Assembly (NCBI GenBank): GCA_963826185.1
Contig: CAWGVY010000005.1
Location: forward strand, 142,391-206,390
DNA: 64,000 nt
Direction: 5' to 3'
DNA from: an uncultured Actinomycetes bacterium
Lineage (GTDB): Bacteria; Actinomycetota; UBA4738; HRBIN12
This document shows positions 38,311 through 48,209 of this stretch, in pieces; position 1 is the stretch's first letter; each line of letters starts with the position of its first letter. Position numbers and translations under genes: made by a program. Under the pieces are notes generated by a model, which made no database searches, was not told the origin of the DNA, and saw nothing but the letters and a program-made list of their open reading frames with translations.

Positions 38311-39973
38311 TAGCCGGCCGGGGAGGTCCTCACGCCGAGGAGCTCGAAGAGCCTCGATGGGATCGGTCTTGCCCTTGACGGACGTGGCGCCGCGCGACGT
38401 GACATCGAGCCAACCCTCCGCTGCCGAGAGGGTGCGGGAGCCGATCACCACGTGACCGGGCTCAGCCATCGATTGGAGGCGCGCGGCCACGTTCGTGGTG
38501 TCCCCGATGACCGAGAACGCTCGCTGGGTTCCCGCGCCGACGTTGCCGATGACAGCTGGACCGGTGTTCACGCCTACGCGGAAGCGGGGCCAGTCATCAT
38601 GGCCGTCGCGGAGCTGCTCCGAAGCGTCACGGATCGCGACGGCGGCCCGAGCTGCCTGCAGCGCGTGATCGGGCTCGTCGCCCAGAGGATTGAAGGCCGC
38701 CAGGATCGCGTCACCCGCGAAATGCTCGATGAGACCGTGCTCCCGGTCGACGACTTCGGGCACGACGGCGGCCCAGTACCGGTTGAGCATGTCGACGACC
38801 TCGGTCGCCGGTCTCCCCTCAGAGAAGGACGTGAAGCCAACGAGGTCGGCGAACAGGACCGACACCTCCCGCTCCACGCCTCCGAGTTCCGCCAACGCCG
38901 GGTCCTGACCCATCCGCTCGGCCAGGTGCGGACCCACGTAGCGTCGGAGTAGGCCGTCGACCCGCGCGAGCTCACGAGCCGATCGCGTGAGCACCGCGAC
39001 CTCATCGGCGGAGAAGCCCTGCTCTCGAGCGCGCGAGGCGGCAGCGTCGAGGGAGCCTTCCCGCTCGGCCTCGGTGAGCTCCGACAGCACCGATGACTGC
39101 CGGGCGTCGAGCTGTTCGAGCGTGCGTTCCAGGTAGAGACCTCCGAAGGTCTCGGTGCAGGGAGCCCTCCCGGCGGTACTCGTTCCGCGCCGCGATCAGG
39201 ATCGATGCGAACGCTGCCGCCATCAACAGGTGCCATTCCCACCACGAGGCATGCCACGCGCGGCCGAACGCGACCGCTACGAGCGCCTCGGCCAGCAGGA
39301 CGAAGGCGGCGGCGACCGCGAGGGCCAGGCTGCGCCGACGCTGGCGGAAGATGCGGGCGTAGCGCCAGGACGCGAAGGCGTAGGCGACGATCCCGAACGG
39401 CAGGAGTATCAGGACCCACGGGGCGCGTTCGGATTCGAGCACCCGGTCCAGCGGGGCGATCCCTCGGACGGACGCAGCGGCCCACACCAACAGCAGGGTG
39501 CCGAGCCCGAGCCGCATCGGTCTTTGGAGGCGACGGAATGTCGCGGCGCGGCGATCGTCGAGCTCGATCGCCGATAGCGCCGCGAACCCCGAGGCCACCA
39601 GAAGACCCACCGGTGTCGCGATCACGAATCCGGCGTTGGGGCCGGAGAGCACGACACCCGGTGTGGCGAGAGCGTGGAGGGCCAAGAAGCCGGCGCTGGC
39701 GAGCAGGGCCATCGAGACGAGGAACAGCCGCGCATCGGCACGCTGACGGGCCACCTCGCTGACGACCAACCCCAGCACGACGTTCAGCCCGGCGACCCCG
39801 AGCACGAGCCAGAAATGCGAGGGTTGATGCTCCCAATGGAGGTCGAGGCTCGGGACCGCGAGGAGCAGGATGAGTCCCACCATGGGGAGGGCCAGGACCA
39901 TGCCCAGGAAGATCCGGGCCGCGTTGGAGGAGGAGCGGTCCGGCAGCATCTCCTCCCGATGATGGCCCTCCAT
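38310..39973 (-). pseudogene. membrane-anchored class III adenylate/guanylate cyclase with two frameshifts
   Basis: The 6-TM N-terminal half is in ORF 39002..40189, starting at M73 = 39973. The cyclase domain (VSVLFADLVGFT, GDAILAAF, IGDTTNVAARLQS) is in ORF 38014..39090. Switches lie near 39155 and near 38340. The second restores the canonical tail PIEA-FELLGVRTSPAG with its stop at 38310. Confidence 0.7.
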
Positions 39974-40075
39974 GGATGAACGCTCAAGAGGAGTCCGGAT
40001 CCGAGCGATGTCAGACCCCTTCGCTATGGTGCCCTGATCGGCGCCTCCCCCCGATCGCGCCGGTCGAGGAGTCAG

Positions 40076-41206
40076 ATGCCCCCCTTCCCTCATCTGGACC
40101 CCGGCGGCGACCTGCCGTTGTCCATCGAGCCCATCGTGGGCTGGCGCGTCTGGACCCTGCAGCGAGAAGCGGGTTCGTTGGTACTCCATTCCGTGTCACA
40201 AGACACCACCTGGCTAACCCGGGATGCGTTCCGAGCTCGATGCCTTCGAGGTCGGCACGCCGATCCCGGTGTTCCCGATCCCGCCTGCTCATGCGGGATC
40301 TACGCAGCCTCGTCGCCTGAGCATCTGCGAGACGCCGGAGTCTTCACCCGCCTCACCTGCGTGGTGGGCGCCGTCGCGATGTGGGGGAGGGTGGTGGAGC
40401 ACCATCGGGGCGCGCGGTCCCAGCTCGCCTACCCGGCGCGTCTACGGCTGGTGTGCGGTCCATGTCTGGCGGGAGGCCGTGGAGCGGTTGACCCCAGCTT
40501 CGTCGTCGACTCGTCACACGAGTTGATCGCGGTCTGTTTGCGCCATCAGGATCGGAGCCGCGGATCTGACCTCGACGCCGAGGCGATCCAACAGGAGCTG
40601 TTGGACACCTATGGCGTGGAGCTGATGCCTCTTGCACGGGTCGATCGCTCGCTCAAGAGGAACGTCCGAAGCTCGGACCATCCGAAGGACCTTCTGGTGG
40701 GTGTCGTGACCCTCATGCTGAAGCTCCTGCAGTTCGCGTTCGGGGCCGTGATGTTCCTGGCGATCGGAACCGCGGCCATGTCGATCGTCGGCGGGGCGGT
40801 GAGCGTCCTGACGGGAGGGACGTCGGAGGAGGTCACCCGTGCCGCCCCGAGCGTCGCCGTCCCAGCAGTCCCGAGCTTGGATCTCGAAGGTCCGGCGACG
40901 CCCGGCCACGTACCTTCCTCGCCGATCCGGCGAAGTCCGCCTGCGTTCTCGCTCGTCTGCGGAGTGGGTCACGGGAAGATCGTGGAACTCGTGGATTGCT
41001 CGCATGAGGCCGACCTCCTCGGGATATCGGAGCGCTCGATCCCTGAGGGTGCGCGCAAAGATTGCGTGGGGGGCTGGACCGCCTACTCACGCGGTCCCGA
41101 CTACTGGGTCTGCTGGACCGACGTGTTCGACCGGGCGAACGTTCGGCCGTGGGCGCGTACCACCGATCCCTTCAACAAGGAGGTAGTCAAACATGAACAT
41201 CGGTGA
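40076..41206 (+). CDS. Cys-rich membrane-spanning hypothetical protein (376 aa)
   Basis: RBS GAGGAG. N-terminal domain GWRVWTL...CSCGIYAA...VCGPC, central TM LLVGVVTLMLKLLQFAFGAVMFLAIGTAAMSIVGGAV, and a Cys-containing C-terminal domain. No family recognised. Confidence 0.6.
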   Translation: MPPFPHLDPGGDLPLSIEPIVGWRVWTLQREAGSLVLHSVSQDTTWLTRDAFRARCLRGRHADPGVPDPACSCGIYAASSPEHLRDAGVFTRLTCVVGAVAMWGRVVEHHRGARSQLAYPARLRLVCGPCLAGGRGAVDPSFVVDSSHELIAVCLRHQDRSRGSDLDAEAIQQELLDTYGVELMPLARVDRSLKRNVRSSDHPKDLLVGVVTLMLKLLQFAFGAVMFLAIGTAAMSIVGGAVSVLTGGTSEEVTRAAPSVAVPAVPSLDLEGPATPGHVPSSPIRRSPPAFSLVCGVGHGKIVELVDCSHEADLLGISERSIPEGARKDCVGGWTAYSRGPDYWVCWTDVFDRANVRPWARTTDPFNKEVVKHEHR

Positions 41207-41345
41207 GCCGAAGGAGGAGCGAGAGATCCGTCCGGTCTCGGAGCCCGTTCCCGAAGACATGCCTGTTCCTGAGCCCGATCACCCACCGACCCCAGCATCA
41301 CTGCCCGCGCCGATCGCTGCACCCGAAGGAGGTGGCTCTTCGTGA
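41193..41345 (+). CDS. possible 50-aa Pro/Glu-rich micro-protein
   Basis: Own translation: MNIGEPKEEREIRPVSEPVPEDMPVPEPDHPPTPASLPAPIAAPEGGGSS. AAGGAGG lies 8 nt upstream. It overlaps the upstream gene by 14 nt, and its TGA overlaps the GTG of the phosphatase gene. Too short for the ORF track. Confidence 0.35.
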   Translation: MNIGEPKEEREIRPVSEPVPEDMPVPEPDHPPTPASLPAPIAAPEGGGSS

Positions 41346-41860
41346 AGGATCCGCTCGATCCGACGATGATCGCCGACGGCACATCTGAGCATTTCGACGA
41401 GGAGCGCTACCCCCTCGACGCGTATGCCGAGGTCGTGCCCGGCTTGTACCAGGCTGACACCACGTGGTCGCCCATCCAGCTCTTCGACCAGGGTTTCGAT
41501 GCGGTGTTCGATCTGTGCGGGATCGACCGAGGAGATGGGCTCGCCGGCCAACGCTACGTGGTGCATCCCATGGACGATGTCCCCTGGATCCCCGACCAGG
41601 ATGCGATCCACGAGCTGGCCGGCGAGGTCGCCCACCTGGTGCGACGGGATAGGCGGGTGGTCGTGAACTGCATGTCGGGTCTCAATCGCTCGGGTCTGTT
41701 GGTGGGCCGCACACTGATCGCGCTCGGTCACACACCAGAGGAGGCGGTGGCGATGATCCGCGAGGCGCGGGGCCCCCGCGCGCTCTCCAACCGGGCGTTC
41801 GCGAAGTTCCTCCTGTTGGATTGCACGCCGCGGGCGCTCGCCTGCCGTCGTCGCTCGTAA
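41342..41860 (+). CDS. dual-specificity / protein-tyrosine phosphatase-like protein (CX5R)
   Basis: GTG after GAAGGAGGTG. P-loop VVVNCMSGLNRSG (C-x5-R), and an upstream Asp-containing loop HPMDDVPW. Confidence 0.7.
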   Translation: MKDPLDPTMIADGTSEHFDEERYPLDAYAEVVPGLYQADTTWSPIQLFDQGFDAVFDLCGIDRGDGLAGQRYVVHPMDDVPWIPDQDAIHELAGEVAHLVRRDRRVVVNCMSGLNRSGLLVGRTLIALGHTPEEAVAMIREARGPRALSNRAFAKFLLLDCTPRALACRRRS

Positions 41861-41902
41861 CGGCGCGAAAGCGTATCCGCGCCGCTAGCATGGGCCGGGA
41901 CC

Positions 41903-43948
41903 ATGGCGACGATCCCCACGTCCAGTCCGCCGGCCCCGTCCACGGAGGCGCCCTCGTCCTCAGACGTCCCCCTTCCCGTGCCGGGATCGAACGCCTCACG
42001 GGTCGTCGCATGGGTCCTGGTCGTGGGAGCCGTGGCCCTGGTGCCGCTCGCCTACATGCGGACGTTCGAACCAGGCGCGGTCCATCCCTTGGGCTGGGAC
42101 AGCTACGCCTACGTGTGGGAGGCAGGGGCCGTCGGTCCCGTCGGTCTCGCGGTGCTGGGGTCCCGGCCCGGTCCCGCGGTGCTCGGATCGTTCCTCGTGG
42201 GGGCGCTGCCGGTGCCCGCCTTCATACAACCCCTCGTCACAAGCATGGCCATGGTCGTCGCCTTGGGGTTGGCGACCGCGGTCACCGTCCGCCGGGCCAC
42301 GCGTCTGCCGATCTGGACGTTGGGGCTGATCGCCGCGGCCGTGGGGTTGTGGGGAGGTGTCGGGCGCCTGGCGGCTGGCTACGAGGCCAACCTCATGGGC
42401 CTCACGATCTTCGTGACGGGCGTCTCGCTCCTGGCGCTGGCGGGTGGCGCAGCCTGGTCGTACGCGGCCGCGTTCGGGATGTTCCTCGCCGCGGACCTGG
42501 TGCACCCGGGGCTCGCCCCGGTGTTCACGGGGATCCTGCTCGGAGTGGCGATCGTTTCTGCACCGTGGATCCTCGGGCGAGCGCGAGCCGGTGACCGATG
42601 GTGGCGATCGGAACCCGTCGTGGGTGCTGCGCTCGGTGTCGGGGCCCTGGCCTGCGCCGCCGCGATCCTGCTGGGCCCGCTGGGGTTGCGGCCGTCCGAG
42701 ATCGCCGATTTCTCTGCGGTCAGCACGTTCTTCGACGAGCGACTGGCGAAGCTCCCCGAGCAGATCGGCCTGTGGGTGACCCTGTCGTTCGCAGCGATCG
42801 GCCTCATCGTGGCGTGGCGGCTGCGTGCCCGAACCCGGGCGTCGGCGATGGTCAGCCGACTGGGCATCGCCTGGCTCGTGGGATCGATCGCAGCCCTGGT
42901 GGCGGTCGCTCTCGGTGCGAGGATCCCGGGGCATCGCGTCGCGTACATGGCCCTGCCGGTCACCGCCCTGTGTGGCGTGGCCATCGCGGGGCTGACCTCC
43001 TGGATCACAGGTCCTCCAGGCGGGGGGCGTCGGCTCGCGACCGGACCGGCGCGATGGGGGGCGGGCATCCTCGCGGGGATCGCCTGCGTCGGCGTCCTCG
43101 GGTGGGCCGGGCTCGTGGCTTTCTCGGGCTACGCCGGGGCTCCGCGTTCGTGGTGGGAAGACTCCGGCCGGCAGATCGCGGCGTACGTCGACGCGGTCCA
43201 ACCAGACGTCCCGATCGTGATGGTCGTGGATCGGGAAGGTCTGTGGGGCGCCCTATCGTCCAAGGTGTACCTGAACGCGGCGAAGGCCCAGCTCGATCCG
43301 ATCTACCTCGACGACTTCACGATCTACGTGGGCCAGCCCGACAACGCCGTAGCGGGCCTGCCGACCCTTTTCGGGAGCGCCGAGAGGGACTGGTACCCCA
43401 CGTTCGACCAGATCTCCGAGCAGATGTGGGTCTCCGCAGGCCCGGCGATCGCGGCGGGGGCGACGATCTTGATGCCGAGGGAGGCCGTCCGTCAGACGAT
43501 CTTCGAACAGGCCGCCGCGGAGCACCCGGAGCGGCTCGTCACGCCGGACCTGTACGTGGCTCGGGGCCCCGTCGCCCCGATCCAACCTCCGACACCGCCG
43601 TCGCCGATCTCGAGCCTGCACGGCCTCGCCTTGATCTCGGCGACGTGGATCGTGTTCGCGCTCGCCGGAGGCGGATTCGGCCTGGCGGTGGCCCGGCAAC
43701 TTCAGATGAGCTCGATCGAGGCGCTCGGGTGGTCAGCGGCCCTGGGCGTGGGCGTGTGCGTGATCGCCTGCTTCATCCTGGCGATGGTCGGCGGCGACCC
43801 TTCGTCGTACCAGGGGGTCGTGGCCGTGGGCGCTGTGACCTTGGTCGGGTACTGGCTGGGTCTCCGTCGGCGACCGCATCGGGTCCCTGGGCGTACGCTC
43901 GTGGCGGGGGTGGACGATGACGGATCACGATGCCGCGGGGATCGCTGA
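41903..43948 (+). CDS. large polytopic membrane protein (681 aa) with soluble C-proximal domain
   Basis: More than 10 hydrophobic segments throughout, then a hydrophilic domain of about 150 aa, then 2 more TM segments. The architecture is reminiscent of GT-C glycosyltransferases, but no motif was recognised. Confidence 0.7.
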   Translation: MATIPTSSPPAPSTEAPSSSDVPLPVPGSNASRVVAWVLVVGAVALVPLAYMRTFEPGAVHPLGWDSYAYVWEAGAVGPVGLAVLGSRPGPAVLGSFLVGALPVPAFIQPLVTSMAMVVALGLATAVTVRRATRLPIWTLGLIAAAVGLWGGVGRLAAGYEANLMGLTIFVTGVSLLALAGGAAWSYAAAFGMFLAADLVHPGLAPVFTGILLGVAIVSAPWILGRARAGDRWWRSEPVVGAALGVGALACAAAILLGPLGLRPSEIADFSAVSTFFDERLAKLPEQIGLWVTLSFAAIGLIVAWRLRARTRASAMVSRLGIAWLVGSIAALVAVALGARIPGHRVAYMALPVTALCGVAIAGLTSWITGPPGGGRRLATGPARWGAGILAGIACVGVLGWAGLVAFSGYAGAPRSWWEDSGRQIAAYVDAVQPDVPIVMVVDREGLWGALSSKVYLNAAKAQLDPIYLDDFTIYVGQPDNAVAGLPTLFGSAERDWYPTFDQISEQMWVSAGPAIAAGATILMPREAVRQTIFEQAAAEHPERLVTPDLYVARGPVAPIQPPTPPSPISSLHGLALISATWIVFALAGGGFGLAVARQLQMSSIEALGWSAALGVGVCVIACFILAMVGGDPSSYQGVVAVGAVTLVGYWLGLRRRPHRVPGRTLVAGVDDDGSRCRGDR

Positions 43949-44300
43949 GCGCATCTGGGCGCGTCTCACGGCGAAGGACTGGCAGGGCGCTCGGGCGCTG
44001 ATGCACGAGCGGTACGTCCAGGAGTGGCCACAGTCGGGCGAGCGCATCGTCGGACCCGATGACATGCTGGCCATCAACCAGAACTTCCCAGGTGGGATGC
44101 CGCGCATGACGGTGCGACGAGCCGTGGGGTCGGGGGATCTGGCCGTCCTCGAAGTCCGACTCGAGTACGCGGACGGCAGCGTGTACCAGGGCGTCAGCAT
44201 CGTTGAGCTCCTCGACGGGAAGATCGTGAAGGAGACCGACTACTTCGCGCAGCCGTTCGAGCCTCCTCAATGGCGCGCGCAGTGGGTGGAGCGGATGTAG
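43917..44300 (+). CDS. NTF2/SnoaL-like fold protein
   Basis: 127-aa ORF: IWARLTAKDWQGARALMHERYVQEWPQSGERI...VELLDGKIVKETDYF. Confidence 0.7.
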   Translation: MTDHDAAGIAERIWARLTAKDWQGARALMHERYVQEWPQSGERIVGPDDMLAINQNFPGGMPRMTVRRAVGSGDLAVLEVRLEYADGSVYQGVSIVELLDGKIVKETDYFAQPFEPPQWRAQWVERM

Positions 44301-44338
44301 GGGTGGGCCCAGGCGAGGAAGCTGATGTCGCGGAGGCG

Positions 44339-46037
44339 ATGACGCCTTCCACGAAGCGCGGGACGATGGTCGCCGTCGTCCTGGGCTCGGCTCGGTCGTG
44401 TTCCTCGACACGTCGGTCGTCAACCTGGCGCTGCCGCGGATCGGCCAGGACCTGCCTTCGACCCTATTCGGCACGCTCGAGGCGCAGTCCTACGTGGCCT
44501 ACGGCTACTTCGTCACCCTGAGCTCGCTGCTGATCCTGGCGGGTGGTCTCACCGACTACCACGGCCGACGCAAGATGTTCTCGCTGGGCCTGATCGGGTT
44601 CGGCGCGACCTCGCTGCTGTGCGGGCTCGCGCCGTCGATCGAGTTCCTGATCGTGGCTCGCGTCCTGCAGGGAGCGGCGGGCGCGTTCGTCGTGCCGGGG
44701 TCGCTTGTCGATCATCACGGCGAGCTTCCACGGCGAGGAGCGCGGGCGGGCGTTCGGCATCTGGGCAGGCGCATCGGCGGCCACCACGATCCTCGGGCCG
44801 TTCGTGGGCGGCGTGCTGGTCAACTCGATCTCGTGGCGGCGGCGTTCCTGGTGAACCTGCCGCTCCTGGTCGTCGCGTACATCGCGACCGTCAAGTACGT
44901 GCCCGAGTCGCGCGACCCCGACGCGACGGGCCACTTCGACTGGCTCGGGTCGATCGTGATCGTGCTGGCGGTCGGCGGGCTCGCGTTCGGCACGATCCGG
45001 GGTCAGCAGCGTGGGCTGGACCGAACCGTCGGCGATCGTGAGCCTGGTCGGTCGGGGCCGATCGCCGCGATCGCGTTCCCGTTCATGATGCTGCATCGGC
45101 GCGATCCCCTGGTGCCGCCGCGGCTGTTCCGTTCGCGCAACTTCACCGTGACGAACCTGTCGACCCTGGTGATCTACGGCGCGCTGTACGTCTCGTTCAC
45201 GTTCGAGGGGATCTTCCTGATCGGGGTGCTGGGCTACAACGAGCAGGCGGCGGGGATCGCGGGAATCCCGTCGTCGATCCTGCTGGTGCTGTTCTCCACG
45301 CGGTTCGGGCAGGCTGGCGGCACGCCACGGACCGCGGCTCTTCATGACGGCGGGCCCGGCGATCATGGCGTCGGGTCTGCTGTGGTTCGTGCGGATCCCC
45401 GCCGACCAGCGAGGCGTGGGTCTTGGGCAGGTCGGGTCGGCGTCGATCCTGCCGCCCGGCGACTACTTCGTCGATCATCCTGCCGGCGCTGCTGGTGTTC
45501 GGTGCGGGGCTCACGATCATGGTGGCGCCGCTCACGACGGCGCTGATGACGTCGGTGCCCGAGAGCAACGCGGGCGTGGCCTCGGCGATCAACAACGCGA
45601 TCTCGCGGGTCGGGCTCGCCGCTGGTGACAGCGGTGATCTTCGTCGCGGTGGCGTCGAGCTTCTACGCGTCGATCGGCCGGCAGGTGCCCGGAACGCGAT
45701 ACGCGACTCGGCGGAGTTCCGCGCCAACGGTGGCACCGCTGAACCAGCCGTCGTCGGACGAGGTCTCCCGCAGATCCGCTGAGGCATCTCGGAACGGCGT
45801 CGACCGACGCGTTCCACCTGGCCGTGATCGTGTCGGCCGGGCTGCTGCTGATGCGGCGCCGCGATCAACGGGATCGGGATCCGGAACCCCTCACCGGAGG
45901 GCCGGCATCTGGGGCCCGCCGCCGAGATCCCGCCCGGAGAGGGAGCCGGCGCCGCGGGTCCGGTGTCGGCCTCGCCCGACGGGTTCGCCGCCGACGCCGA
46001 CCGGCGGGAGCGGACGGGCCCGGCTCGCGACGCGTAG
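44339..46037 (+). pseudogene. DHA2 (EmrB/QacA-type) MFS transporter, multiply frameshifted
   Basis: Pieces: [142 protein letters not shown]. At least 9 frame switches, near 44392, 44705, 44845, 45012, 45052, 45320, 45473, 45620, 45790 and 45852. Confidence 0.65.
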
Positions 46038-46042
46038 CTGCC

Positions 46043-48094
46043 CTACGGCGCCACGAACAGGCCGCGCGAATCCCAGCCGGTGCCCGGAGCGCTCAATTGA
46101 ACGACGGGGAGGGTCGGCTGGCCGTTTGACCATCCGACCCGGTTGAGGCTGCCGTCCGCCAGCGCGAAGAACATGCTGTTCGACGCGATCGTCATGCCAC
46201 GCACGTTCCCCCAATTGATGTCGACGGTCCCGTCGTCGTTCAGATCGCCGTCGGGGGTCGGCACGAACAGCTCGGCTCCCACGATCTGGCTCTGCGGCGT
46301 GAAGTACCGGTAGTACAGGCGCGGGTCACCGTTCACCGTGTAGTAGATCCGGCCGCTCGAGAACGCCATCCCGGTCATCTGGGACAGGTGGTCGTCCAGC
46401 GCGGGGATCGGCAGGTCCGCACCTCGCATCCGGAAGATGGGGTCGGGAGCCGTGTCGAGCCCGTATAGGTTGATCGTGCTGGCTTGCCCTACCGCCGAGC
46501 CGTTGAACGACCGCACCTGCAGGGTGCCATCGCTCCAGCCGGTATAGAGCTGGCCGTTCAGCGCGAACGCACCCCGAGCGTCGGTCCAGTTCACTCCAGT
46601 GTTGACGGTGACGGGGGGAACCAGAGAGGCACTCGAGCCGTTGAAGTTCGAACGTCGGAGGAGGTTCCCCGTACCGGTCTCCATCTGGTACAGGTTGCCG
46701 GGGAGGGTGTAGGGGTTGTTCGGCGGGACCGTGAACCCTCCGCTGAGCGGCATGAAGGCCAGCTTGCGGTGGGTCTCCCCGGCGATCTGATCGGTGTCGC
46801 TCCCGAAGAAGATGCCCGCCGTGGTGGCCAGCTGCGCCAGTACACCCTTGCCTCTCGAACGGCCCGGGTTCCACGTGAACGGGAGACCGTTGACGGGGTC
46901 GTGGGCCGACACGCCGAGTCGGGCCACCCCTCCGGGGAACGGACCGGTGCAACGACCGCACGGCGTGGGGTTGAAGGGGTTGTTCATCCATTGCTGGTGG
47001 CCGCCGTCGTAGATCGCGCTCCCGGTGACGGCGACGCTGTGCGTTGAGTCACCACCCGTCTTGATCTCCCATGTGGGGAGCTGTCCGGGTCCGGTGGGAC
47101 CGATCTCCCATCTGGTGAGCGAGTCGCAGAGGCGGTTCGGGCGGTTGGCTCCCGTGGTCACCAGGGCGAAATAGGAGCCGTCGGGCGAAATGTCCAGATC
47201 GCGAAGGTACATGGGGAAGGTGGAGCTGCACCACGACGTCAGGGCGTCCTGGCGGAACGGGAGCGCATCGGTCTGCCAGGAACTCACGGTGGCCGCTCCC
47301 GCACCACCGACGTTGAGCATCGCGATCTGCTGGCGTGGCACGCCTCCCACGGTCCCGAAGTTGCCGATCGCCACCAGCGTCGAACCGTTGGGTGTGACGT
47401 CGATCTTCCATACCTGCAGACGTCCGTCCTTGGCGGGGTCGCGCTCCGGCACGTCGTTCGGGTTCGCGAAGGGGAGGTCCAGGTTGGGGTCGACGACGCC
47501 GGTGGTCGTGTTGAACCGAGCGAGTCCGGATCGGTCGGGGCCGTCGAGCGTCGTGAACTCGCCGGAGGCGTACAGCCAGCCGCCCCGGAGCACCAGGTCG
47601 GTGACGACGCGGTTGGGACGCGGCGCGAAGCCGGTGACGATCTGACCGTTGGTGACGTTGAGACGGACCAGTCGGCGGTAGCTGGTCCCCGTGCCGTTGA
47701 CCGTGGTGAAGTTTCCGCCCACGTACACCGAGTTGAGATCAGGGCCGGGGGCCAGGGCTTCGACGGCCCCGTTGATGGTCGGGTGGAACCCCGTGTCCAC
47801 GGTGCCGGTCGTGGCGTTGAAGGCGAAGATCTGGTTCCGGGTGATGTTCGTGCCGGAGCCCGCGTTCTGCACGGTGGAGAACGTGCCGCCCACGAAGATG
47901 CGGTTGCCGACCTGGGTGATCGCGTTCACCCGGCCGTTCATGATGTTCGGCGTCCAGTTCGCGGGATCGGCGCTCACCACGGCGGTGTGGAGAGGGTTCA
48001 CGGCCATCGCCGCGGGGGCCCACAGCGACCCGGCGACCACCATCACGGCGGTCACCAGCAGTGCGGCGCTTCGCTTCTTCGATCCGAACCTCAT
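46043..48094 (-). CDS. large secreted repeat protein (683 aa), beta-propeller-like
   Basis: Signal peptide MRFGSKKRSAALLVTAVMVVAGSLWAPAAMA. Repeated units of the type V.A....GN.I.VGG.F..V.G......R..... Intact. Confidence 0.75.
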   Translation of the reverse strand: MRFGSKKRSAALLVTAVMVVAGSLWAPAAMAVNPLHTAVVSADPANWTPNIMNGRVNAITQVGNRIFVGGTFSTVQNAGSGTNITRNQIFAFNATTGTVDTGFHPTINGAVEALAPGPDLNSVYVGGNFTTVNGTGTSYRRLVRLNVTNGQIVTGFAPRPNRVVTDLVLRGGWLYASGEFTTLDGPDRSGLARFNTTTGVVDPNLDLPFANPNDVPERDPAKDGRLQVWKIDVTPNGSTLVAIGNFGTVGGVPRQQIAMLNVGGAGAATVSSWQTDALPFRQDALTSWCSSTFPMYLRDLDISPDGSYFALVTTGANRPNRLCDSLTRWEIGPTGPGQLPTWEIKTGGDSTHSVAVTGSAIYDGGHQQWMNNPFNPTPCGRCTGPFPGGVARLGVSAHDPVNGLPFTWNPGRSRGKGVLAQLATTAGIFFGSDTDQIAGETHRKLAFMPLSGGFTVPPNNPYTLPGNLYQMETGTGNLLRRSNFNGSSASLVPPVTVNTGVNWTDARGAFALNGQLYTGWSDGTLQVRSFNGSAVGQASTINLYGLDTAPDPIFRMRGADLPIPALDDHLSQMTGMAFSSGRIYYTVNGDPRLYYRYFTPQSQIVGAELFVPTPDGDLNDDGTVDINWGNVRGMTIASNSMFFALADGSLNRVGWSNGQPTLPVVQLSAPGTGWDSRGLFVAP

Positions 48095-48124
48095 ACCCAG
48101 CCTCCAACGACGTCGCTCACCAGC

Positions 48125-48140
48125 GGTAGGTCACCTTACC
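48125..48140. promoter_or_regulatory. imperfect dyad GGTAGGT-C-ACCTTACC upstream of the 683-aa secreted protein gene
   Basis: Read directly. Sits in a locally AT-richer stretch 31-46 nt upstream of the ATG at 48094. Confidence 0.25.
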
Positions 48141-48209
48141 TATGGAAGGCGTGCGATGTCCTGGGTCTTAGGACCGATATCGCTCCGCCATCCGGCCAGG
48201 GTCCGATGC

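Noticed and set aside
41203-41388. 61-aa ORF from the track in the gap before the phosphatase gene
   Set aside because: It has Arg/Ser-rich sequence, no RBS and the wrong frame relative to the coupling signals. The alternative 50-aa frame (41193..41345), with its AAGGAGG RBS and GTGA junction, is the better though still tentative candidate.
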